A stretch of DNA of 62,664 nucleotides, the filler included. It is 12 parts of 12 records of this genome, joined end to end, with 100 filler letters (N's around TTAATTAATTAA, not from the genome) between each part and the next. Parts side by side here need not be neighbours in the genome. Positions count along the whole stretch, not along the records: positions 1 to 6,964 come from SRR15195285_3322; positions 7,065 to 11,233 come from SRR15195285_3323; positions 11,334 to 14,716 come from SRR15195285_3326; 9 more parts are not named here. One strand, written 5' to 3'. Shown here in pieces: positions 1 to 11,705 of this stretch (positions are counted from its first letter, which is position 1; every line of letters starts with the position of its first letter). Under the pieces are notes generated by a model. It saw only the letters and a list, made by a program, of their open reading frames with translations, searched no databases and had not been told where the DNA came from. The translations under genes and the position numbers were made by a program.

Positions 1-27
1 AGCAGCAGCAGCAGCAGCAGCAGCAGA
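1..27 (+). repeat. (CAG)n microsatellite at the window/contig start
   Basis: agcagcagca... is seen directly. The same triplet repeat marks contig edges at 22032-22057, 48897-48923 and 57043-57063, as expected for assembly breaks. Confidence 0.95.
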
Positions 28-53
28 ATAATCATGCTGGGCGGAATGGCGCA

Positions 54-2643
54 GTGTCACCGAAGCGCAGGCCGGGCTCGGCGCGCTCGACGCGCTCGGC
101 GCGCTCCACGCGCTCCACGCGCTCGACGGGGACGCAGGGATCACGCGCTTCGCGCGCGTCGAGGTCGACGTACTCCGGGCTTGATCCGGAGGACGAAAAA
201 CGGCGGGAGACCGGCTTTGACGCACGCTCCACCGCAGACGAGCGGCGGCGCGGCGTCATCCCACAGTACGATGCGCTGCGGGACAGGAACCTGCCGGCGT
301 CCCTGAAGGACAAGCTTCTCCGGAACGCGTACGCGGCACAGGCGCACACTCGGGAGGAGCGGACGAACGTGATGGCATCGACGGCGCGCCCATCATCAGC
401 CTCCCGTCGCCGCCCGAACTCGGCCTCCCGTCGCCCGCCGTCAGCAGGACGCGCGGGGCGGTCCGCGAGGCGACCCGCGTCTGCGGGAAGCCGTGCGGCA
501 CGCGGCGGGGCGCGCCGGGCCGACGTGGCCAGCAACACCAAGGCGGCACTGGAGCCGGTACGCAGCCGAGTCGTCGAGCTGTGGCAGGAGCTAAGGATTC
601 CCGAGCGCGAGCGCGACTATTATGCTTCTCGGCTGTTCCAGCAAACAGATCCGCGCTCGGTGGATACGCTGATGCGGCTGCGCGACGCTCTAGAAGAGCA
701 CCGCACGAAGACATTGCAGGTTCTCAAGTGCGTCGACATGCGAGAGGGGCAGCTGGAACGGCTGAAGACCCTTTCGGAGGACATTATCCGCAGTGGTGGC
801 GACGTGGGGAAGAGCGCGGAGCTCATGGGAACGATGTCATCGCTGCTCTCTGCTCTGCGATATTCGACCTTCTCGTGTGCTGAGGCGATCGTCGAGTGGC
901 GTCGTGGCCTTTGTCAGCCGCAGGCTTTCTTGTGGAAGGGCATGAATTACGTTCTTAAGATGAAGGACGATATGGAAGTTGTGAATGCTGCATCCATGCG
1001 TCTGCACGGCGGCGGGGACGACGAAATAGACGAGTTCACACGCTCGCGCCAGGACTTCACGGATCAGACTATGAAAGCCGAAGAATCGCTCCAGCAGCAT
1101 TTGTTCGAGGAGAATGACAGGCTGCTCTCCGACCACAAGTGGATGCCGACAGTAAATCTCGAACCCGGGCAGGCCAAGCCGAAGCCGATTACAGCGACCG
1201 GACAGGATTCTGCGAGCCCTGTGTCAACAGGCCCAGAGGAGGAGCAAGCGCAGGAACAGAATGTCGCGTCGAACGGCGAAACTTCCGCCGCGAGTATTGA
1301 CTGGAACACTTTGGAGGCGGATGCGAAGCAGACTTTCCAGAATCTGGATGCTGTACAAGCTGGCGTCGTGTCCAAGCAGGCTATCCGCCGCGCTTTATTG
1401 AGGCAAAACGCCGGTGGTGGTGCTGAGCCTGTGACGAAGCTGGCGATTGATAAGCTGTGGCGGAGGCTTGGATCGTTGTATGGCAAAGTTGCATTCTCGA
1501 ATGTCTCTTGGGAGGAGATCACTCTCGGTCTAGCGGCATGTAAGGGAAAACCCTATGATCCACGCGTCGTCGAGCTGCCACTGCTCCGCACAGCCGAGCC
1601 TGGGCAACGTGGTTCTGGGCAGCAGGCACCGGGTGGCCCGAGAACAGTGCTCAGCTACGGTGTGCGCGTGGCGTTTACTGAGATCTTCCGGCGCTTCGAT
1701 GCTGACCACGATGGTACGCAACGTTGTGCCTGTGTGCTTGTCCTGTGCTCGTACGATATTGTGCTTGATTTCCTGCAGTTAGCGTTGTCGCGCTGTCCCT
1801 GAGCCGGCGAGCTGCGTCGTCCCTTCAATAGGCGCGTTGGCGAAAGGAGAGCTGAACGCGTTCCAACGATCAGTGCATGGTGTGGCGCTGGAGCCTCACA
1901 CCCTAAACTGTGAGAGTGCATATTCACTGCGCTCGCTGCACCCGCGTTGGACTTCGCTTGCGCATTATCACACTGCTAATCGCCCCCACATGTTGTGCTT
2001 GCGTGCAGGGATATATGCGAACCATCAGGTTGACAAGCGCGGCAACCTCACTCTCGCGGGGTTCCTTTCCTGCGTCTACGAGCAGACGGTTGAGAACGAG
2101 GCAGCGATCGTCTGGGAGCTTCAGCAGCTCGGATATGGGTCACGTGAAGCGGCCTCTGTTCCTGGGTCTGGCTCTACTGTTCCATCTGCCGGTGTGAGCA
2201 GCCCTGCCGCAGACGTTATCAGTTCGGTGTCAGCAATGAATGTGGCTGCGCCAGACTCTGAGGCAGATTCAGCAGTGGTCGAGCCAACTGCTCCAGCCCC
2301 GGCGCCAGCTACTGACACGTCTGCAACGCGGTCCAAAACCAAATCGGCGCTACTCGGAGGCTTGCGGAGTGGCAAGCTCGAGGACGCAGTTGCGAAAATG
2401 GAAGCGGACGAAGCTGCTGCTGCCGAAGCTGCTGAGGCTGAGCAATTGGCAGACTCGGAAAAAGATGACGCTCGCGGCGTAACTGCTGAGTCGGGTGATC
2501 CAGCCCCGGCTGTGCTTGTCGCGCAGGCAGGAGACGAAGGTAATAGGAGAGAGGAGGAAGAAGAGGAGGAGGAATTCGTTGGGTCCGATGATGGCAAGTT
2601 TGGTTTTGACAGAGGAAGCGACGAGGATTTCGAGTTTGACTGA
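54..2643 (+). CDS. Coiled-coil protein (CCDC87/MAP65-like helical region) with C-terminal EF-hand region and acidic tail; 3 exons
   Basis: ORFs 54-1802 and 1837-2643 join through a GT-AG intron 1714-1831, restoring the EF-hand loop DADHDGALAKGE. A second intron 1910-2008 (branch TGCTAAT) gives LNWIYANHQVDKRGNLTLAGFL. Motifs LWQELRIPERER and FLWKGMNYVLKMKDD recall CCDC87-type proteins (weak recall). Confidence 0.7.
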
Positions 2644-2747
2644 GACGAAACTGTATGCAAGCCAATTTATCATATTATATCCACACGCCTATCATGCACC
2701 ATCACATAGGATGCGCACAAATCAAATAGCAGGCAGTTGTCACCTGC

Positions 2748-5700
2748 CTAGGCGCCGACAATTTTGTCCCAAGTGGACGCCGACACCAACGCTCCGTACT
2801 TAATCTGGTTGCCGAGTTGTTTCTTTGGTGGGTCTGCGCCCCACGGTGCTGCATGATACGCGGAAGACGCTGGCAAAGGAGACATACCATGGCCTCCTTG
2901 TCCAGCCGCTGCGATTTTAGAGTCAGTTCTGCCACCACTGTCCTGTTGAGTCCGCCTCGCGCCACCACTCTGTCGCGGATAGTGCCGCCTCCTGCGCAGC
3001 AGGTCTGCCTTCTCCTCGGCCGAAACTTCCGATGGCTGTGTTTTCCACAGTGACTCATTGCGTTCCCGTCGCTCCGAGCGGATCGCTTCCCGCGAAGCAT
3101 GTTGCACAACTCTAGTCTTCGCTTGGTCAACACCCTTGACATGCAAAGAAGGATGTCCTGCTCCTGCCCATTCGCCCATCGAGCCGCCACCATTCAGGTT
3201 GGTCTTAAGGGTTTTCATCAGCCTCCGTGCTTCCCAACCCATGGTGCCACTCTGACCAACGTCTTCCCACAGGACTTCGTCGGCTCCGAGAGCATCCTCT
3301 TGGTTGCTAGGATCAAGCAGTGACTCGGGATCTGGATGAAGGCCAGGCAAAACTCCGCTGGATGATAGCGCTGAGGGAGACGATGGTGAGGAGGGTGAAC
3401 GTCTCCCACTTTCGTCTAGTCCACGACGATGTGCGTTTGGTGAGAGGGCCTCCCGTGCCCGCATCGCACCGCCGCTGTTGTTCATCCGAAGGGATTTGTG
3501 TTCAACGACAGGAGAGCCATCGTCCTGCAGCTCCACGTCGAAACCCATACTCGCATCGGCTCCTGCAGCATTGCTGTCCACTGGCACACCGCGGTGGCTC
3601 GCAAGAATTCGGCGCAGGAAAAGATACTTCTGTGTCAGAATCAACGTGTCGTGCTCACCCATTTCTTGAGAATGCTGATGAATCTTCCTTAACATCAGGC
3701 GCGAGAGTTTTGCCAAATGCGCCGAGCGCTCAGGTCCTAGCTTGGCAGCGTTGTTGGCACCGCCGGCTGTGAGCTCATCTATGGTGTGCATAATCAATTG
3801 CATCTCAGCATCGTCAACTACGCCAGAGGAGAGAGATGCCATCGAGCGAGGAAGCGCTTTGTCTGTTGCCAGTGTCTGGATTCGACCACTTCCATTCAAT
3901 CGTGAGCCACTGGGCAGGCTTCGGAGGTTCGTGCCTGAGCGTGTTGTCGTCAGCATAGGATTTGAGCCTTGAGTCAAGGCGCTGTAATCGAATCGCTCTT
4001 GAGATGGAGCTTCCAGGCAGCCAAATAGCCAGTCGTGGTTGAGCGAAGCGTGTTGGAGTCGCAGCTCCTCCAGGTGTGCATCGATTCGGTCATGCTGGTC
4101 CTGCTGAAGAGGATTGCAACCGTGCGGTTGGCCCCAAGCTGCGTGCAGAGGATGGCCAACAGCTGTGTGGAGCCTCTCATCAAGTATGAACAGCAGCCAG
4201 TGGACTAGCGCGCAGCATTCATCCGCAGCAGCTTTTTCCTCGTGAATCTCTCTGGGTAGGGTGTGGGGACTCTCCGCCAACTCCTCTTCAATACATAGCC
4301 AGCACCACCGCACGGCACGGCGGAAGCACTGTGGACAGTCCTGTTCCGAGCAGTGCTGGCCATGCTCAACATTCCACAGGAAGAACTCGTTCGCGTCGCG
4401 GTAGCAGTCGCAGCGGATACAGAAGCACATGCAGCGCTGACCTTCAAGCCCTCCAACTGGTGCTCTGACGGGGCGGCCCATTCCATCTTCAAGCAAACTG
4501 CGTGATGTGTTGAGCTCCTTCTGAACAGAGGGAGTCCACGGTCGCGAGGAGCTGCCGCCTAAGCCGTCGACTTCCAAGCTCACACGTGCCGTCTGAAAGC
4601 TGAGAACGATCGCTCCGGTAATTTCGATCTTCGCCTGACGTTTACTCGCGCCCGTCTGCTGCTCTAGCTTGAACAGCTGCTTCTTTTCCCCCGTCTTTCC
4701 CCACACCTCTGGTGGCACTCGAACCTGCCCCAAGAAGTCTTTACCAAGCCTGTCATCGTCAAAGACGCTCACGACAAGGGTTGGCAGCGGCTTTGTCGTG
4801 CCAAGGCTTTGCCCACTCGGAACCTGCAGCAACAGAGTTTCGTTCCACGTCGGTGCCAACGTCTTCTTCTTGATGGAGGTTTCTGCCTTGGTAAGTGACT
4901 CATGGCCGTCAAACCACACTATCACGAACGGATCACTTGTTCCTCCTCTATCTGCCGCTCGGATCCCATTTGCCTGATGCACAGTCAAGCTCAGCGAGAC
5001 GTGCTGTTCACCCGTGGGCTCGGCCGACGCCTGAGTCGAAGCACCTCCAGCACCACGGATCAGAAAGGGCATACCTATGCAGACGAACATAATCAACACA
5101 AGCCGTTAGTCGCTGCCACGAGAAGAAAAACAAGGAACTACAGTGAACTACTGCAACCACGGCAACGGGTGCAGGAGAACTCGTGACAGCACACTCACGC
5201 CACGGGTATCGATACTGTCGCATTGCCTCCTTTGGATCGATAGATCTGGCTTTCTTCAACGAGCTGGCCATCAGCCGCAACGCTCCCTCTTCTGATGGTT
5301 CCGGCATCCGGTGCAACTCCGAACTGCTTTGGCCGATGGTCCCGCCCTTCTCTGTTTCGTGCACTCGCTGCGACTCCAGTTCTTCGAGCAGCAACGACAT
5401 CGAGGACACAGACGACGAGGTAACCTCTGATGAGTCCACAGCTTGCGCACCACGCCGTTGCGGCCGCGGCTTGCGTCGCCGCCTCTGTGGCTCCGATAGG
5501 GGGTTGCGCCGCCCCCGTGCTTGGCGCTTGCCACTTTGTTGTTGGCGACTGTCTCGCACCCGTTCTGCCTGACGCCTCTGCTCGTCTCGTATGATACGAC
5601 CGCGACCATACTTCGTCAGCACGTGCACCGGCACAAGAGCTTGGCCATGTAGCATCGCTTGCAAAAAAAGCTCCTGCACTGCTCGACAGAAGGTCTCGCT

Positions 5701-6492
5701 GGGCAAGTATGCAGCCAGCAGTTCCGCGCAGTTTGCAGGCATAGCGAAGCCTGATGGCCCACCTGTGTCCTTACCGTCTGACACTGCTCTGCTGAGTATC
5801 TCATGCTGTGGCAGCTGCAGCACACGACGCCGATTTGCCTGAGTAAGTGTCGCCCACATCCAACGGTGACTTTCAAACGAGTGGACCGCGTCATCCCAGC
5901 CAACCTCTGGCCGCTGAACCCAAGGTGGGAAAAACAAGCGGCGCGAGGAGCCGGCCTTCTGCTCACGACAGAACACGGCGTATCCTGGTGCGAGTCCGTG
6001 CAGTAATGGCTTGTCTGGCTCAGATTCGGGTGCTGGCATACCGCGATCAACAAAGCGCGACAGGGCGGGAGTAGGAGCGCGTGAGTCTGGCACTGCAAAT
6101 TGATTGCCCGCATTCTCTTTCTCCAAAGCCTTGACGTAGTGCCACAACGATCTTGGAGATTTCACCGCGAGCTCACCGGTTCCTGGTCGCTGGGACGGCG
6201 TGGCGGTCTGCGGTGACAGTGGCATCAGTGACGACACGTTCGTGTCGTCGGCGGAGGGGCCCAAGTTGCCGCTGGTACCGTGCAACTGCATTTCAGGGCG
6301 GTGTTCCACAAAGCGCTGCGTGGTCGTGGTCCGGCGCAGCCCGTCACGACTTGGACGGTGCGTCGACACCATGCTCGATTCTACAACGCTCGTGTAGTGA
6401 GTCTCCGGTGCCATGGCCGCCGCATCCACCAGGTGCGCGATCGTCTTGAGGCGTCGGCTCGCGCTCCAGCGCACGTCATCGATGCTGGCCAT
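2748..6492 (-). CDS. Large C2-domain protein with Cys/His-rich segment; at least 2 exons
   Basis: ORFs 5008-6498 and 2748-5099 join in frame via intron 5198-5075 (C|GTGAGT...ACTAAC...CATAG|). The C2 signature is clear: LTVHQANGIRAADRGGTSDPFV...KKTLAPTWNE...VSVFDDDRLGKDFLGQV. The ATG at 6492 follows a TGCAG acceptor-like site, so an upstream exon is possible. Confidence 0.8.
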
Positions 6493-6964
6493 CTGCAACG
6501 GCCTGAGCTAAACACAATTTCTAAATTAGCACGCCTCGCCCCTCGGGGCCGGAGCACTACTGTATGCTGGGCCAGGTGGGACAGCGGCGCCCGCGAGGCG
6601 GCCGCATGGGCCACGCATCCGACGCAGCAGCACCACCCGGCTACTACCTGGAGAGTGTACACTAATAGCAATAGGAGCGTGTACACAGTATCGAGTACAG
6701 GCTACAGCTGTATGCCGTCGATCCCCACGGCCGCGGCGCGCTGTTGTTCAGAACTTCAACGGCCGCGTTGTGTGACCAAATTTGGCTATATCAGTGCCCA
6801 GGTTGAGTCTGAGACTTGATACATGTATGTTCAATTCATGACGTGTGATCTTCTTGATACAGTGTCCAAGTGGCATGCCCCATGGGGGCGTCACGACATC
6901 TTCTCAGCTCAAACTAGCTTAAAGACAAAATTCTCCGGCGCTTGATTTTGCTTGAATGAGAATC

Positions 6965-7064
6965 NNNNNNNNNNNNNNNNNNNNNNNNNNNNNNNNNNNN
7001 NNNNNNNNTTAATTAATTAANNNNNNNNNNNNNNNNNNNNNNNNNNNNNNNNNNNNNNNNNNNN
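6965..7064. other. Artificial contig spacer (N44-TTAATTAATTAA-N44)
   Basis: Fixed 100-nt linker with stop codons in all six frames, identical at 11 positions. Confidence 0.99.
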
Positions 7065-7450
7065 TCATGATTTGTTGATGATCGACGGTCGAAAATGATT
7101 TCATGTAACCAATAATCCGATTGTAATACATGTACATGTAATGGCGTTCCCGATTGACCTGTATCAGTGTGTGGCTGAATCGTGAATGGAAAAATCGAAG
7201 ATCAACATCGAACATGCATGCATCATCCGAGTCGAGTCTATCTCGAGATCAGTCGAATCAGCGCTGCACCGCGTGCACCCTTGCACCGGCGGGAGTGGGT
7301 GGCGCTGCTCGCGCCACGCTCCAACGCACTCTCCCTCCGCTGGGAACTCCCAGTTCCCTGTGAGTCGCAGCAGGGTAACAGCCAGTGGGGGCAGACAACA
7401 GTTCCTTGGGGAGGGGCGGGGGGGGAAGCACTCCGTACGGGAAATACCGG

Positions 7451-9059
7451 ATGGTGCCTCGGATGCTTGCGGCTGCGGGGGTGGCCTTGCTGCTGGCGGG
7501 CGAAGTCGCCGCCGCCGCCGACGACGACGACGGCGGCGAGGGCACGAAAGTGATCACGATGTCAATCCTCAGCGAGGAGGAAGTGGTGGAGTATCACCGG
7601 CGCCGCCGGCTGCAGGTAGGCAATGGCAGCGAGGTTGAGATGATCGGTCCGCATGCGCAGCGGCGGCTGCACGGACACATTGAGCTGTCGGACAAGACCA
7701 TTCAGGAGGGTCAGCTCGATGGCAACACCATGCCCTTGGGTTACTACTATGCGCGAGTGCATGTCGGAACTCCCGGGCAGGAGTTTACGGTCATCGTTGA
7801 CACGGGCAGCTCGCTCATGGCAGTGCCTTGCACCGGATGCACGAGGTGCGGCAAGCACATGAACCCGTACTTCGAGCAGTCGACCTCCAACACTTACTCC
7901 GAAGGATGCAGCTCCATCCCAAAGTGCAAGTCTTGCTCGGGTGGACACTGCACCTACAAAACCCACTATGTGGAAGGCAGCTCGATCGGTGGCTACCTTG
8001 TGAAAGACCAGGTTGGCTTGCTCATGGTGGGGGCTCAGACGCCGCAGTTCACGGCCGAGGCGATCTTCGGCTGCCAGCAGTCCGAGACGGGCCTGTTCAA
8101 AGCCCAGTTGGCGGACGGTATTATGGGCCTTGGGTTTGGCAAGTACGACACCGTCTTTGATTCGCTTGTACACCAGCACAAGGTGAAGGACACGCTGTCG
8201 TTTTGCATTCACCGCTCCGGTGGCTACATCCAGTTCGGTGCTGACGCACCGACTGCACCCGGCACGATTTCGACGCCGCTGGTGAAGCACAGCAAGTACT
8301 ACGTCCTACGGATCAAGGGCATGAAAGTTGGATCTATTGACTTGGGTATCGATTCAAAGGTCTACAACTCTGGCCACGGCGCCATCATTGACTCCGGCAC
8401 CTCGTTATCCTACTACCCTCGGCAAGTCTTCCAGCGAATGCGGCAGGTCTTCGCACAGGAGACGAAGCACATGAATTTGGGCAAGCCGGAACGAATTGAC
8501 GGCGCGGACTGTTGGCGAGTGAACAAGGCACCGGCGGGACTCTCGTCGTTTCCCACGTGCGCCCATCCTTGGTTCTTTGTTCCTCCTCTCTCATCCCACC
8601 CAGCTGTCTGACTTCCGTCGAACAAAAAAACTGAGACCAAAACGAATGTTTGCTCGGCCTATTTGCACGTGTGCAGCTATTCCGTTGACTTCGACGAGGT
8701 GGGATATACAGAGTTTCATCCGGTGCACTACATGTTCAACCATCCGAGGGTTGAAAACCCGACGCATTATTGCTACGGGATTCTGGACAACGGGTGAGTG
8801 AGAGAACGCCAATCAGCCAGGGGTGCATCATCGCGGCTTGGTCACTGTGACTAGTTCGGATCAGTTCATTCCGGCACCAATAACTGGGCCTGCGGTTGTC
8901 TGTGTGGTGCGTTTGATTCGCAGGTCGGCGGGACTGGTCCTCGGCTCGCTCTTTCAACGTCACTTTATGATGACAATTGACCGGGCGGCCAATCGCATTT
9001 ACATGGTCCCTGACATGTGTGGCGATCCGGATCCAGCTGCGATGGATAGAGGTCGATAG
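7451..9059 (+). CDS. Secreted A1-family aspartic protease, plasmepsin V/ASP5/APCB1-like; 3 exons
   Basis: Signal peptide MVPRMLAAAGVALLLAG; YYYARVHVGTPGQEFTVIVDTGSS (catalytic DTG at 7799); Cys insert CTGCTRCGKH; YVEGSSIGG; FGCQQSETGLFKAQLADGIMGLG; second catalytic DSGT at 8390. Introns 8557-8676 and 8794-8923 restore the YCYGI and VLGSLFQRHFMMTIDRAANRI C-terminal motifs. Confidence 0.9.
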
Positions 9060-9227
9060 TGCTTCCAGGTGCTGCGAATGAAGTCTCAATTGCACCACAC
9101 TTGCCAGATATTCTTGCGCGGGGAATGATCATAAAATAGTACAGAGCACACTCAGTCAGATATACTCCTAGTGTCGCTACTGCGGGAGTTCTGTCGGTGT
9201 GCCTGGGGGTTTTCTCGACTACGGCAG

Positions 9228-10338
9228 CTACAAGCCGCCCCAGGTGGATCGGGTACGGTGCGAGTCCAGCAAGTTCAAAACTGGGCGGCACAGTCCGTCT
9301 GCGGTTCCTGATCCAGAGCCTCCCGGCTCGAAGCCACTGTCAGAGCCGCCAGAGAGACGGAATGCTTGGTTTCGCCGCCGGTGCCCTCTCGAGCTCATGG
9401 AGCGCATCTGTGAGACAGTATCCAGGTCTTCCGCAGACGACGAGTCCGACTCGATCCGTAGTGGTAGCGCGCCATCGCTAAGCGATCCCTGATCTAGCTG
9501 GCTCGCCTTTGCGAGAGGAAACCAACTGCTGCCGGTGCTGGAGGTCCTGTGGCGTAGTTGCAACTGTGCACATTCGTCATCATGGTCGTCGCTGAAGTCA
9601 TACTTAGGCGCTGGCGTAGGCTGCCCAAGCCTGCGTGCGGTCGATGTGTTACCAACATGCGAAAATCGTGCGCCAGGGACAGACCAACCGTATGACGCAC
9701 CTTCGCGCTCGCTCTGCGAGCCGCCGAGTCTCGCCCTCCGCAGTGAAGAGATCTGACATCCGGTCCAGAGCATCCGCCCTGCTGCGCCCTCGCTCCGAGA
9801 AAAATGCGCTGTCGGCAGCGCCAGCAGCCGCACCGCTACCGCTGCGGCGCCGGCAGATCATCTCGCGGGTGCGCGCCTCGGCGTCCGAGCTGCTCTGGCT
9901 GTCGCTGCAACTGAAGTCGTCTCCGTCGGACTCGTGGCCGCAGCTGGAGTAGACAGCGGAACTGTTGTCATCCGAATCATCTTCCGAGCCCGCTATCATT
10001 GCGCTAGACTGGCGCGGATCCACGTGCGCCGGTCGCGGTGTAGGCTGTCGCTCGCGCCGTCGCTTGGAGAAGTGTCGCATGTACTCCGGCCCCTCGCCGC
10101 CGCCATCCGCGAAGCAGACGGCCTGCTCGCGGATGGAGACAGAGCGCGACTCGCGCCGCGAGTTGAGCATAGTCACTGGCAGAGCACGGTCGTCTGGCGC
10201 TGCTTCAGCTACCATGAAGCCCGTTGGCTTCATGCGCTTCCGCCGGCGCGCGCGGCTGCCGCTGCCGCCTCCTCCGCGCGTGTTCCGCGAGAACGGCCGC
10301 TTTCGCTTCGAGCTGCCCGCGTGCTCCAGCGAGATCAT
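9228..10338 (-). CDS. Hypothetical Ser/Arg/Asp-rich low-complexity protein; 2 exons
   Basis: ORFs 9649-10392 and 9228-9833 join in frame via intron 9700-9631 (AG|GTGCGT...CGCAG|). Basic NLS-like stretches KRKRP and RRRKRMK are present. No recognisable domain. Confidence 0.5.
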
Positions 10339-11233
10339 TGACAGCCGCACCCTAAAGCTCCAAACCGCGCCTACATCCTCACCGCGGTACAAAGGAGCTC
10401 AATGCCCAACCGCCTGCAGCCGTGCAAACCCAGCAGCAAACAACCAGCGCTGCAGCCTACAACTCCTCCGACAACGCGCCCAGGCGTCCCGCGCGATCCG
10501 TATACCCAGCCGCCCGTATGGATACACCCACGAACCGCAGGCTACCGCAGCCAGCCAGCCAGTCCCGCAGCTAGCCAGTGCCAGTAGGCGCGGTCGCCCA
10601 AAGCGCCAAAGGCACCAGCAGGCAGCGCTCTTGGCCGAATCTCTTCTCCCCTGTCTCTATCGTCCGTCCTTCAAAGCCACCCCAGTGTCCCAACCCCGCC
10701 AAGTGAAGGTCACCACCACCAACCGAGCAGCAACAGCACAGCAACAGCACTGCAACAAGAAGAAGCCCGACGGAGAGCGCTCCTGCTGACCGGTGACCAC
10801 GTCGCTCCTAAGTCCTATCGCTCCTGACCACCTGACGATCGCTCCTATCTGAAATCCAACAAAGTGCTGAAATCTGCTCCTGTAGACCCGTCACGCGTCA
10901 GGGGGCCAAACTGGAACGGAAGGTTTGCTCCTCACGAGTCCGATCCCATGGGATTCGCCATGTACTAGTATGTACTAGTATAATGATGTAATGGTGATGT
11001 GGGCGATGGAGGGCTAGTAGCGGCGGTGCCCAGGCCCCCCCCTACGCCCCTAGGGGGTGAGGCCGGGTGCTCTGCGGAAGGGGAGGGCCGCCACCCAGCG
11101 TTAGCTGGGCGGGGCGGCGGTAAAGGGGGACGGGCGAAGGGATCCGCATGTAGGTGCGGGAGAAGACGTGGCCACCCCGAAGCACACTGCCTCGGGGTGG
11201 TATGGGGGGTGGCGCCGGTTTGTGGCGGTTGAC

Positions 11234-11333
11234 NNNNNNNNNNNNNNNNNNNNNNNNNNNNNNNNNNNNNNNNNNNNTTAATTAATTAANNNNNNNNNNN
11301 NNNNNNNNNNNNNNNNNNNNNNNNNNNNNNNNN
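11234..11333. other. Artificial contig spacer
   Basis: N44-TTAATTAATTAA-N44. Confidence 0.99.
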
Positions 11334-11705
11334 CGGGAGCGTGGGCCAAAAACCAAAGTTCGAGTTTATCCTGAGTTTCTGATTCGGCACCACCCTACCG
11401 ATGCATCGTGCCTTCGTGCGAGGTGCGACAATCAATCTGCGCACTCCGACCTGGGAATCGCCTTGTGGTCGCGTAGTACTCTGCAGAATCACGAGTGGGG
11501 TCTGGCGAAAAGCCATTGGGGTCTGCAGAGTGCAGACCCCAAAACCCCACGAGGTGAGCCACGAGGTAGTACAGCGAGTATGCCAGGGGATGAGGCGAAC
11601 GAGGCCTTTGCCGATGACGGCGTGGGGCTCGTCGTTGCGGTAGTGCTTGTCCAGCTATCGGCAGTCGCGGGCAGCCTGTGTGTGTGCTGCCTGCTCACCC
11701 CCGCG

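Noticed and set aside
9965-10789. 274-aa plus-strand ORF, and similar long shadow ORFs such as 7562-8290, 40720-41406, 42788-43567, 49370-50203 and 53710-54477
   Set aside because: They lie antisense to better-supported genes. Long stop-free shadow frames are expected at this GC content, and no motifs are evident.
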